Assembly: GCF_046119375.1 (NCBI RefSeq)
Contig: NW_027362761.1
Span: 889,638,001 to 889,702,000 of the forward strand
Length of the DNA: 64,000 bases
From: Phyllobates terribilis
Taxonomy: Eukaryota
Direction of reading: 5' to 3'
Each line of letters starts with the position of its first letter. Within the stretch, counting starts at the first letter, position 1. A model generated the notes under the pieces. That model made no database searches. It was given only the letters and a program-made list of their open reading frames with translations, and was not told the origin of the DNA. Of the stretch, positions 13,560-24,330 are shown one piece after another. A program made the translations under genes and the position numbers.

Positions 13560-14600
13560 TTTCAGTAGCGTAGAACTATTATAATGGGGACCGACACCTC
13601 CCCCACTACAGCCAACTAAGCAGATGGAGACACAATCAGGAAAGTTAACATTTAAAAAAATTAGAGCCTAACACCACCAAAGTGGCATCAATTTCATTAG
13701 AGTAGAAGAAGTATAATGGGGACCGACACTTCTTCCACTACAGCTAACCCTGCAGATGGAAACTCAATCAGAAGTGTTCACATTTAAAACAATTAGGGCC
13801 TAACACCACCAAAGTGACATCAATTTCACTATCGTAGAAATAGTATAATGTAGACCAAAACCTCTTCCACTACAGCCAGCCCAGCGGATGGAAACTCAAT
13901 CAGGAGTGTTCACATTTTAAAAAATTAGGGCCTAGCACCAAAAAAGTGGCATCAATTTTACTAGACTAGAAGTAGTATAATCGGGAACGACACTTCTTCA
14001 ACTACAGCCAGCCCAGCAGATGGAGACACAATCAGGAGTGTTCACGTTTGAAAAAAATAGGGCCTATGACCATCAAAGTGGCATCAATTTCATTAAAGTA
14101 GAAGTATAATGTAGACCAAAACCTCTTCTACTACAGCCAACCCAGCAGATGGAGACTCAATCAGGAATGTTCACATTTAAAATAATTAGGGCCTAACACC
14201 AACAAAGTGGCATCAATTTCATCAGAGTAGAAGTAGCATAATGGGGACTGACAACTCTTCCACTACAGCCAACCCAGTAGACGGAGACCCAATCAGGAGT
14301 ATTCACATTTAAAAAATTAGGGCCTAACACCTCCTTTTCCCTGGCCAACATATTGGGGATGGTGGAATTCAATCTTTTAGCTTTGCCATGTGTTGGATGA
14401 AACAATCTTTTACGTGACCACAACTACGGGACCGAGGGTGGGCTGCAGTGCTGAGAGAGGGTGGAGTACTTTGAACAGGACAAACTGCATCAATTTCACT
14501 AGAGTAGAAGTAGTATAATGGAGACCAAAACCTCTTCCACTACAGCCAATCCAGCAGATGGAGACACAATCAGGACTGTTCACATTTTAAAAAAATTGTG
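13560..14600. repeat. 132-bp tandem array (about 6 contiguous units plus displaced units near 12320-12440 and 14480-14600)
   Basis: The ATAATG anchor recurs at 13581, 13713, 13845 and 13977. Confidence 0.9.
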
Positions 14601-14706
14601 TTAACAACTGCAGCAGCAGCAAGAGCAGGCACAGAAGCCACGCTAAAGAAATCACAGACTGCAATTACGCGAGATCAATGCAGCACACTAAATACTACAA
14701 CATCGC

Positions 14707-15629
14707 CTAGTGTGTACAGTCTGTGATTGGGGTGCAAAAGTCCTTGGAGATCCATGACTTGTTCATCTTGATGAAAGTTAGGCAGCCTACACTTTGTGGG
14801 GACAGCCGGCTGCGCTTATCTGTCAGGACACCATCAGCAGTGCTGAAGACACGTTCTGAGAGAATGCTGGCTGCCGGGCATGATAAAACCTCCAAGGCGT
14901 GACAGGCAAGCTCAGGCCACTCATCCATTTTTGAAGACCAAAATGTCAAAGGGTCCATACCCTCCCTTATGGTATTGATATTGAGTTCTAGATACTTCTG
15001 CACCATCCTCCCCAATTGTTCATCATGTGTTAGACTTGTACTCTTTTTAGCTGATGCACGAGCTGGTCTAAAAAATGTGTGAAAGGACTCACAGAAATTG
15101 CTTCTGTCACTTACATTGCTGCTGCTGCTAATATTTTGGCGTTGACAAATTGACGTGCCGAGGTTAGAAGTGTAGAGCTGCTATGCACACTGTGTGCCTC
15201 ACTGCTATCTTGGGGGACACCTATCTTAAGGTTGTGCAAAAGCTTGTTTCGGTACTCCAGCATTCACGGGTCCCTTTCCAGGGCAGGAAGCATCTGGTAA
15301 AATTTACTCTTATAAAGTGGATGTAACAGAGTGGCAACCCAGTAGTCAGCACTATTTTGAATCATAACTATACGGGAATCATGTTGTAGATAGTGCAGCA
15401 ATAAGACACTCATATGTTTGGCTCTTCCATGAGTTTCAAGCACGTGCTGTGTTGGTGGCTGGGTAACTCTGATGATTGTTTTCTCCGTCCCCTCCCGCCA
15501 AACATGAACAGAGAGGAGATGATTATCCTCTTCCTCCTCCATTTGTTCTTTGCCTCTGGCACCTTCACTAACAGTTTGTCTGGCATCACCAACCCCCCTC
15601 GATTGCGTTGACCCACTCTCCCTTGGCAC
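14707..15629 (-). pseudogene. hAT transposase C-terminal fragments including the dimerisation domain
   Basis: DYWVATLLHP.YKSKF and FWSSKMDEWPELA..LSCPAASILSERVFS..LTFIKMNKSW. Confidence 0.85.
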
Positions 15630-16563
15630 CCTGAGATGTCCCCTACTTTATGACATTAGTAACAGAAGAAAGTATTTTTTAGTGTGGATGACTCCTGTAT
15701 AACATAGCAGATATGCTCCAAACTATTTCAAACTGAGATGTCCCCTGCTGTATAACTATAAAAAAGGTCAAAGTTGCCTCCTAAATTGCTAAGAGTGATT
15801 GCTCTAAGACATTGAAACTGCATTACTGCAATAGAAACATAAGAAAGCATTACAAAATGTACACATGGAATATTTAAAAAAAAAATTCTGTAATATTAAT
15901 ATAAAAAATTACAGTAAAGGAAAGCACTTAGCGCATAGATTGGCCAATATATGTGTGCCCAACAGCCAACATCAAGGCGTCTTTCATTGTTAGGTCCCTG
16001 TCCTTCTCTGCCACCTCTCTTGGGATGAAATGTAAGCCTATAGTTTATGGGTAGTGTTGAGCCACCCCCGTAGTGTTCGAGTTCGGTTCGGTTCGTCGAA
16101 CACCCGTGTGTTCGCCGAACTGTTCGTCGAACTGTTCGTCGAACACCTTCGAACACCGTTAAAACCAATGGCAGGCAAACAAAAACACATAGAAACACAT
16201 AGAAAACACCTTCAAAGGTGTCCAAAAGCTGACAAACTGCTCAGAAGACACAACTAACACATGGAAAAGTGACAAGTACATATAGTCATGCGAAAAGAAA
16301 AGAGGTGGAGGAGTAAAAGGAGGGGGAGACACAGATATAGGCATGTCATGCCCTTCTAAAATCCAAAAAGTGAGAAGCCGAGACGGCCAGTCCGCTCCTG
16401 CCCGTGCCACCTCCGTGTCGCCGGGTTTGTGCCAGAGCCGCGGTGAACCCTGACGGCCAGCCCCCCTCTCCCAATACTGGTGCCTGTCCGCTGGTGGGTC
16501 GAGAGAGCCCCCCTGTGGTGGAGGCAGCTCTAAGCTTTTTAATTTAAATTGTCCCTCTAATTT

Positions 16564-16822
16564 GAATGAATACACTTTAAATCCATTTACAAGGATCTAT
16601 TGGAGGGCAAGTCTCATGCCAGCAGCCGCGTAATTCCAGCTCCAGTAGCGTCCACTAAAGCTGCTGCAGTTAAAAAGCTTTTATAAGGATCGAGCTCGGC
16701 TGTCCACCGCAAGGCATCCTAGTGCCAGTCCCAGCCCCTATGCCTTGGGGTGCCTCCTGATGCTCTTCACTAAGTATCCCGTGGTCCCGAAGCATTTCCT
16801 TTGAAAAAATTAAGTGTCCAAA
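16564..16822 (+). pseudogene. Diverged 18S rRNA gene fragment (530-loop/V4 region) inside the hAT
   Basis: CACTTTAAATCC..ATTGGAGGGCAAGTCT..GCCAGCAGCCGCG(-)TAATTCCAGCTCC..GCTGCAGTTAAAAAGCT..GATGCTCTT..CCCGAAGC..TTTGAAAAAATTA are collinear with vertebrate 18S. One G is missing from the universal GCGGTAA. Confidence 0.9.
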
Positions 16823-16924
16823 CTACAGGTGGTGTAGCTTGCTTAACAGCCGGGATAATCCGCTGACTAGCAGACACTGCTACTAGGCACAAAGTATTTC
16901 CTGGGCTAGATGCAGTTAAAAATT

Positions 16925-18750
16925 TGTAAGTAGATACTCTCATTGGATGCTGAGAAAGCATTCCATAGAGTCTCCTGGCACGCCATATATGATTCTCTTA
17001 AAAAGCTTGGGGTAGGGGTCTAGGGGACCCTTTTATAGCCAAAATCACGGCCCTGTATCACAATACGTCACCTAGGCTGAAGATAAATGGAACTGTAGCA
17101 CCGAGGGCTCGGTTGCTACAGACGTATTGCACCTCACCCAGAGGTGTGATATCTCACTCTCAGATAAGGATGGAGTGTGGATCAGGACCCGACACCTGCA
17201 TGCATTACACCACATTGCCGTGGGGCAGGGCGACCAATATGCCCCTGAGATGGGCACGACAGTCCCTGTCCCTGGCTGGAGTGGGGGGAGGGAACACTGA
17301 GGAAGGGGAACCCTGCAGTGCAGGAGCAGGGAGGAAGCAGTTCCTGGGTGCATTGAGAAGGGAGTATAAAAGGTGGGCACCATCTTAGTTCAGTGCAGAG
17401 AAGTCTGAGCAGAAGTGGCAGGGAGCAGGGGCTCTGCATGAGCTCTGCTCCGGAGGCGGGCCTAGTAACAGAGGCCCAGGCCTGCAAGAGGGAGAAGGAA
17501 GGAAGAGGAGCGGAGAAGGCTCCAGGAATAAGGAATGAAGGGATCCCAAGGGTGCGGACGGGCGAGTCGCCACCGCACGCCCGAATCCACCTGCGTGGAG
17601 GGGTCAGGCCAAAGGGGGAGACCGGTCCCCGAACTAGTGGAGGCAGGAAACGACCCTCAGCTAGAAACCGGAGGCTCTGACATTTTATGTGGCGCAGCCC
17701 CTTGCTCCACCCGCTAGGAAGGCACCACATAGGGTCAGGGAAACTGGCGCCAAGTTTACCAAGAGGAGGCCCGAGGCAGCCGGACAGAAGTGTTGGTAAG
17801 AAAGGCCAGACAAAGGACACACAAAGGGGGTCCTGTGAAGCGCTCCAAAGTTATCTGGGAGTTGTCTGAGCCCCTCACCTGGTGAGCACAGTACGACGTG
17901 GGCAGCCGTTACCTGCAGACGTGGTCTGGATAATAAGAACTGTGAGTAAAGGCCCTGAACTGCATCACTGACTCCGTGTCGTTACTGCTGCTGCCCTGCA
18001 CCATCACCCCCATCCTCCGCATACACTGCCCTGAGGCTATACTCCTCCCGTGGGGAGTTATGCTACGCTCTGCTGCACCCACAACACCAGCCTTAGCGGT
18101 CTGCCCTGTAGCGGCGGTTCACTCTGACCGCAATCCACGGGTGGCGTAGTCGGACATTTAAACATCAAAACCACATAAATAGTTCCGCCACTGGTTTGAC
18201 CGCCCTGAGCCACGGAACCGGATCGCCGCCACGAAGACTACAACCACCAGCATCCACCAAAAAGGGTCCGGCTCCGGGTGTCCCAAGGCCCAGGGGGTGC
18301 GTCAGAACATTTTCATCACCTTTCACAATCACCAATGGGACAAGGCAGGGATGTCCTCTGTCCCCTCTCTTATACATCCTAGTGACAGAGCACCTGCTCT
18401 CATCAATTCGCCATAACCCCAATATTAGGTGGATTGAGGTGGGAGGCACCGAGTACAAGTGCTCTCTATTTGCTGATGATGTCCTAGTATATATCACTCA
18501 ATCACATATATCCATCCCTGCTGTTATGGCTGAAATAGATCACTTTGTTACATGGTAAAATTTTAAAATCAATGCAGCGAAGTCTGAGGCCCTCGATGTC
18601 TCCCTCCCTAAATCCATATAGGATTCCATCCAGTCCAACTTTCCCTTTGCCTGGCCCTCACAGGGTATCAAATACTTAGGAATTCCTATTCATAGAGACC
18701 TCTCCCATCTATGTTATCTTAATTTTGGGCCCTTTATTGAACAATTCCAT
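16925..18750 (+). mobile_element. L1-clade RT fragment, split by a solo LTR
   Basis: ILSLDAEKAF..W (16925-16970); LYHNTSPRLKING|TFSSPFTITNGTRQGCPLSPLLY..LFADD..IKYLGI reads continuously across 17094-18308. Confidence 0.85.
17094..18304 (+). mobile_element. Solo LTR (1211 bp)
   Basis: TGTAGCACC...GGTGCGTCA termini; 4-bp TSD GAAC (17090-17093, 18305-18308); TATAAAA near 17366. Strand is inferred from the TATA only. Confidence 0.85.
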
Positions 18751-18826
18751 ACAGACCACGGTTGGCAAGTTAGAACTGTAAGATTCACTACGTGAACCAC
18801 TGGTGTTTTGTGGAAAAGCACATGTA

Positions 18827-20197
18827 CACCGCGTTCCAAATTATTATGCAAAAAGTGTTTAGGAGTGATAAGGGAAGAATTTGTTTGTTTGTCAGTTAAA
18901 CTCATTGATGGTGATGTGTGTCAGGGCTCTTTATATCACTGTAAGCAATTGCAGACACCTGTGCTAATTAGTTTGGCAGGTGTGTCCAATGAAAGGCAAG
19001 ACTACTTAAGAAGGCTCTCTCACATTATTAAGCAGCCTACATTTTCTGCCAAAATGGGAAAGAAAAAGGATGTGTCGGCTGCTGAGAAGCAACAAATTGT
19101 GGAGTGTTTAGGTCAAGGCATGACTACAATCAACATTGTGCGATGATCAGGATGAAGTGTCTTGGCAATCAAGAAGTATGTAGCTGATTCACAGTACACA
19201 CGTGTGCGTGCTGATAAGGGCAAATTGAGGACTCTTTCCTACAGGCAATTACGTCAGGTTGAAAGAGCAGCGGCAAAAAAGCCTTGTCATAGCAGCAGAC
19301 AAGTTTTTGAAGCTGCTTGTGCCTCCAACGTCCCCCGAACAACAAGATGCAGGGTCCTTCAGAGGTTTGCAGCTGTGCATACGCCATCCTGTCGACCTCC
19401 TCTATCTACTTCACACAAGCAGAAACGGCTCCAGTGGGCCAAACATTACATGAAGACTGATTTCAAAACTGTTTTGTTCACGGATGAGTGCCGTGCAGCG
19501 CTCGATGGTCCAGATGAATGGAGTGGAGGATGGCTGGTTGATGGACACCCCACGCAAACACGGCTACAGCGCCAACAAGGAGGAGGTGGAGTAATGTTTT
19601 GGGCTGGAATCATGGGGAGAGAGATTGTCGGCCCCTTTAGGATCCCTGAAGGCGCTAAAGATGAACTCCATAATGTATGTGGATTTTCTCAAACAGCACT
19701 TCCTGCCATGGTTCAAGAAGAAGAACCGTGTATTTCACAGCAAGATCATTTTTCTGCATGATAATGCACCATCTCATGCTGCACATAAAACATCTGCATC
19801 TCTGGCTGATATGGGCATAAAAGGGGACAAACTTATGGTGTGACCCCCATGCTCCCCTGACCTCTACCCCATTCAGAACCTTTGGAGCAACATTAAAAGG
19901 AGTGTCTATGATGGCGGGAGGCAGTTCACATCTAAGCAACAGCTCTGGGAGGGTATTCTGTCCTCATGCAAAACAATTGAAGCAGAAACCATCCAAAACC
20001 TGACAAATTCAATGGACGAGAGAGTTCAGAAGCTCCTTTCGAACAAGGGGTCCTATGTGAAAATGTAACATCACCTAGAATAAAGTTTTGAGTTGAAAAC
20101 TGTTTGATTTCAGTTTCTAACAACCTGCTAATGCTTATAATTTCAAAAATGACCATTTTTTTGGTCTTTATTAAAATGAAAAGGTTGATCGAAAAGT
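18827..20197 (+). mobile_element. Tc1 element, frameshifted, right end deleted
   Basis: TA|CACCGCGTTCCAAATTATTATGC terminus; MGKKKDVS.., LFTDECR, FLHDNAPSH and SPDLYPIQNLW motifs spread over several frames. Confidence 0.85.
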
Positions 20198-20525
20198 TTG
20201 GGGGATCTAAGAGTGTGGCAACCCAGTAGTCATGATTACTTCGAATTCTGACAATATGAGGGTCATGCTGCAGGTAGTGCAGCAAGAAGGCACTTATGTG
20301 TCTTGCGCATCTCGGAGCCCCAAAATTATTTTCCGGGCTAGATGCAGCTAAAAATTATTTTTAATTTTAAATCTGGTGAAGCTTATTATAGATGGCCTAA
20401 TAGGATCAGTGCTGCACACTGCTACAAAGCCCAAATTATTTTCCAGTCAAGATACAGATAAACATGATTAGTAATTTGAAAGCTTAAAACGGTTGGTAGG
20501 GTGATTTTAACCAATCATCAAGCTT

Positions 20526-23500
20526 TTACTCTCCCCAGGATGACACAGGGGTAGAAAAGTCGTTTCGGATCCATGATTTGTTCATCTTTATGAACGTGAG
20601 TCTGTCTACATTATCAGTGGAGAGCCGCGTGCGCTTATCTGTCAGCACACCACCAGCAGCGCTGAACACACGTTCAGACAGAACGCTGGCTGCGGGGCAT
20701 GACAAGATCTCCAAGGCGTAAGTGGCTAGCTCCGGCCATTTATCCAGATTGGAAGCCCAAAAAGAGCAAGGGTCCAGTGACACAGTCGTGGCTTCAATGT
20801 TTACTTGGAGATACTCCTGTACCATCGTCTCTAGGCGTTGACTATGTGTCAGACTTCTTGTCTCCTGTGGCCTTGCAAAGGATGGGCTAAAAAAGTGGTG
20901 AAATGATTCCGCAAAATTGATGTTACCAGCAGATACTGTGGTTCTGTTACGGTTTGAGTGTTGAACACTTGACGGTCCCACGGTTGGCAAGTTGGAACTG
21001 TGAGATTCACTACGTGCACCACTGGTATTTTGTGGAAAAGCACATGTAAGATTCTGCAACAGTCTCTGCTGATACTCCTGCATGCGTGCATCCCTTTCTA
21101 TGGCAGGAATAATTTCTGCAAATTTACTTTTGTACCGGGGATCTAACAGTGTGGCAACCCAGTAGTCAGGATTATTTCTAATTCTCACAATTCGAGGGTC
21201 ATGTTGCAGGTAGTGCAGCAAGAAGGCACTCATGTGTGTTGCGCATCCAGGAGCACCAAGTCCCTGTTGTGTTGGTGGCGAGGTAACAATCATGCTTCCT
21301 TCCTCTGTCCTCTCCCCCCAACCTCGCACAACAGAAATGTGATCAAGGTCTCCCTCATCTGATGAGTCTTCCATCAGTTCGTCCTCCACTTCTTCCTGGG
21401 CTCCTGCACCTTCCTCACTAGTTTGGCTGCTACCATGCGCCCTGGTTAAACCATCTCCCCCACCCTCACATGCCTGCCGCCTTGGTGCTGCCGACCGTCT
21501 GGACCTTGCAGATGTTAGCCCTTCCGCATACAACTCCTCCTCCTCTACTTCCTCCACCTCCTCTTGTGCCACCACCTGACTCCGAATTCTGTTTAACATG
21601 TGCTCCAGCATGTAAATCACCGGAATAGTCATGCTGATAATGGCATCGTCAGCACTAAACATCTTCGTCGCCATTTCAAAACTGTGCAGAAGGGTGCATA
21701 GGTCCCTGATCTGAGACCACTCCTCCAGCGTGATTTGCCCCACCTCTGAATCTCGTTGGCCCAGGCTATACGTCAGAACGTATTGCACCAGGGCTTGTCG
21801 GTGCTGCCACAGTCGCTGCAACATGTGCAGAGTTGAATTCCACCGGGTAGGCACATCGCATTTTAGCCGGTGAAGTGGCAGGCCCAACGACTTCTGTAGA
21901 GATGTAAGTCGCTGAGCTGCGGGATGCGAACGGCGGAAGTGAGCACACAGCGACCGTGCCCTCTGCAGAAGGCCATCTAGTCTGGGATAGTGGGCTAAAA
22001 ATTGCTGGACAACCAGGTTCAACACGTGAGCCATACAAGGCACGTGTGTGACATTGCCCCGGCGAAGGGCAGCACCCAGGTTTGCAGCATTGTCGCACAC
22101 GGCCTTCCCTGGTTTCAGGTCCAGTGGAGACAACCATTCATGAAATTGGTTCTCCAGAGCTGACCACAACTCCTCAGCTGTGTGACTCACATTTCCCAGA
22201 CATTTCAATGTAAAAACCGCCTGATGACGTTGAGCCCTACTGCCAGCATAGTAAGGAGGTGTGCAGGATCCCTTCTGCGCAGTTAGAAAGCTTGTGGCAT
22301 GACCAGACAGGCTTTGGGTGCAGGTGGAAGACCGAGAGGAGGTTGAGGAGGCAGAAGCAGTGGAGGAAAAATGACATAAAGAGGATTGACGCACAACTCG
22401 TGGGGACGGCAAGACTTGGACAGCAGCCCCTTGTCCTGCTGTCACCATAGTTACCCAGTGCCCAGTCAGCGACATGTAACGCCCCTGTCCATGCCTACTC
22501 GTCCAAGTGTCTGTGGTGAAATGCACCCTGTCACACACAGAGTTTCTCAAAGAAGCGGTGATGTTGTGTGCGACATGCTGGTGGAGCGCAGGCACACCTT
22601 TCTTTGAGAAGTAGTGCCGACTGGGCATCTGGTACTGGGGCACTGCGACGGACATAAGGTCTCGAAAATCCTCTGTGTCCACCAGGCGGAAAGGCAGCAT
22701 TAATGTAGCCAAGAGCTTGCAGATGGTGAAATTCAACCTCTTAGCTTTCTCATGGCTAGGAGGAAATGGTCTTTTACTTGTCCACATCTGAGGGACCGAG
22801 GGCTGGCTATTGTGCTTAGACGGGGTTGATAAGGGTGTCCCCGGCAAACTGCCGGTCTGTGAGGAAGATGCAGGCGGACATGTTAGGTTGCCTTGATCCA
22901 AAGGTGGTGCTATCGATGTCGGACAGCGCTCAAGACCAGCTGGTGTTACCACCTCCAAAGAAAATGATGACCTGCCAATCACGCTGGCTGTTGCGGGTAA
23001 AGAGGTGGCAGGTCTGCGCCCCAAAACAGGTGTGACTGCTGTCCTCCCAGTCACAGAGGATGAAGAGGCTGCGGATGCACAAGATATGGCAGACGGTGGT
23101 TGGCCCGGCCGGCTAGACCGCATTGTAGCACACTGAGCTTCCCACTGCAACTTATGCTTCATGTCCATGTGCCGGTTCATGCATGAAGTACTCAAACTAT
23201 GTATTTTTTGGCCTCTACTTAGCTTTTGCTGACAAATGTTACAGATAACACGAGTTGGGTCATCTTTATCGATCTGAAAAAATGCCCAGGCTATGCAAGG
23301 CTTAGCACCCATGCGACCTGAAGAGCCACCACGACTTGTGGTGAGAGGCAGAGTTGTGTTTGAGGATGCAGTTGTTGACGTGCTTCCAGTACTACGTCTC
23401 TGTCCATGAAGGCGCAACCTGACCTCGTCGTCACTAGCATCTTCCTCCACCTCCTCTGCTGACCTCATCTCTTGGCTGACTGTGGGTTGACAGTAAGTGG

Positions 23501-24206
23501 GATCTCCGACCTCATCATCATCACCCTGTGCGTTATCACACCCGTCGTCCTCAGAGCCAACCTGTTCCTGCCCTGACAAAAAACTAAAGTTGTCGCTCCA
23601 ATCAGGTATTTGAGTCTTATCATCGTCTTCCTCATTGTCTCCACCAACAGGAGTTACAGTTTGGGAATGAGGGTCTACATTATGGTCAGAACCTTCTGCG
23701 TCTGGTCCTGGATCCGACTCATAAAGATTCTGGGCATCAGTGCAGATCATTTCCTCGTCTGGATTCACAGAAGCGCTGGAGTCGACCTCTGATTCCCAGG
23801 CTATAGTATGAGTAAACAGCTCTGCAGACTCAACCATCTGTTCTACCTCATACTCAGACGGGCAGCTGGAGATTTGGGAGCTGTGAGGAAGCAAGTGCGA
23901 TTTGGGTGAGACCTTTGAGGACTGGAGTATTTGTGATGTTGAAGTTGATGTGGAGGAGAGCCCACTTAAAGGAGCACTTGATATCCGTTGAAGCACCTGC
24001 TGTTTTTGTGCCTCATCTGGAATTTGTAGCGATTGGCGTGTCCGTAAGAAAGGGATCTTATCACATTGTCCGCTAAAAGAAGTAGACATTTTAGTTTGGC
24101 TGGAAGATGGTCTTTCTTCTGCACCTACCCCACGGACACAACCTTTTTTCCCCTTCCCAACACGCCTATTCCCCTTTCCACCAGCAGCAGGCCTTTTTCC
24201 ACTCAT
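20526..24206 (-). CDS. Intact hAT-family transposase with BED zinc finger, 1226 aa
   Basis: Uninterrupted ORF with basic N-terminus, BED WAFF..CNIC..HMDMKH, FTTDTWTS (D), VCDNAAN (D), CMAH, TRWNST, SERVFS (E) and a C-terminal dimerisation domain. Confidence 0.95.
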   Translation of the reverse strand: MSGKRPAAGGKGNRRVGKGKKGCVRGVGAEERPSSSQTKMSTSFSGQCDKIPFLRTRQSLQIPDEAQKQQVLQRISSAPLSGLSSTSTSTSQILQSSKVSPKSHLLPHSSQISSCPSEYEVEQMVESAELFTHTIAWESEVDSSASVNPDEEMICTDAQNLYESDPGPDAEGSDHNVDPHSQTVTPVGGDNEEDDDKTQIPDWSDNFSFLSGQEQVGSEDDGCDNAQGDDDEVGDPTYCQPTVSQEMRSAEEVEEDASDDEVRLRLHGQRRSTGSTSTTASSNTTLPLTTSRGGSSGRMGAKPCIAWAFFQIDKDDPTRVICNICQQKLSRGQKIHSLSTSCMNRHMDMKHKLQWEAQCATMRSSRPGQPPSAISCASAASSSSVTGRTAVTPVLGRRPATSLPATASVIGRSSFSLEVVTPAGLERCPTSIAPPLDQGNLTCPPASSSQTGSLPGTPLSTPSKHNSQPSVPQMWTSKRPFPPSHEKAKRLNFTICKLLATLMLPFRLVDTEDFRDLMSVAVPQYQMPSRHYFSKKGVPALHQHVAHNITASLRNSVCDRVHFTTDTWTSRHGQGRYMSLTGHWVTMVTAGQGAAVQVLPSPRVVRQSSLCHFSSTASASSTSSRSSTCTQSLSGHATSFLTAQKGSCTPPYYAGSRAQRHQAVFTLKCLGNVSHTAEELWSALENQFHEWLSPLDLKPGKAVCDNAANLGAALRRGNVTHVPCMAHVLNLVVQQFLAHYPRLDGLLQRARSLCAHFRRSHPAAQRLTSLQKSLGLPLHRLKCDVPTRWNSTLHMLQRLWQHRQALVQYVLTYSLGQRDSEVGQITLEEWSQIRDLCTLLHSFEMATKMFSADDAIISMTIPVIYMLEHMLNRIRSQVVAQEEVEEVEEEELYAEGLTSARSRRSAAPRRQACEGGGDGLTRAHGSSQTSEEGAGAQEEVEDELMEDSSDEGDLDHISVVRGWGERTEEGSMIVTSPPTQQGLGAPGCATHMSAFLLHYLQHDPRIVRIRNNPDYWVATLLDPRYKSKFAEIIPAIERDARMQEYQQRLLQNLTCAFPQNTSGARSESHSSNLPTVGPSSVQHSNRNRTTVSAGNINFAESFHHFFSPSFARPQETRSLTHSQRLETMVQEYLQVNIEATTVSLDPCSFWASNLDKWPELATYALEILSCPAASVLSERVFSAAGGVLTDKRTRLSTDNVDRLTFIKMNKSWIRNDFSTPVSSWGE

Positions 24207-24330
24207 TTTGGTGGTTAACTAATTCACAACTCTGGAGTTGTTTGCACAAAAAAACAATGGATGGTAACCGAGCAGAGCTGAGTGGCCAAACTGTGGTATT
24301 AGGCCAAAACTATTGGCTGGGTTAGATGCA

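Noticed and set aside
13560-14340. Common origin of the 132-bp and 134-bp arrays
   Set aside because: Similar period, but only a short TAATGGGG is shared. No convincing alignment in either orientation.
16564-16822. Functional rRNA gene
   Set aside because: Only about 260 nt, diverged, missing a base in the 530 loop, and with no flanking rDNA.
20526-24206. Calling the 1226-aa ORF a domesticated host gene (ZBED4/ZBED6-like)
   Set aside because: It lies between TIRs with a perfect 8-bp TSD and has many decayed paralogs in the window, so it is treated as a transposon gene.
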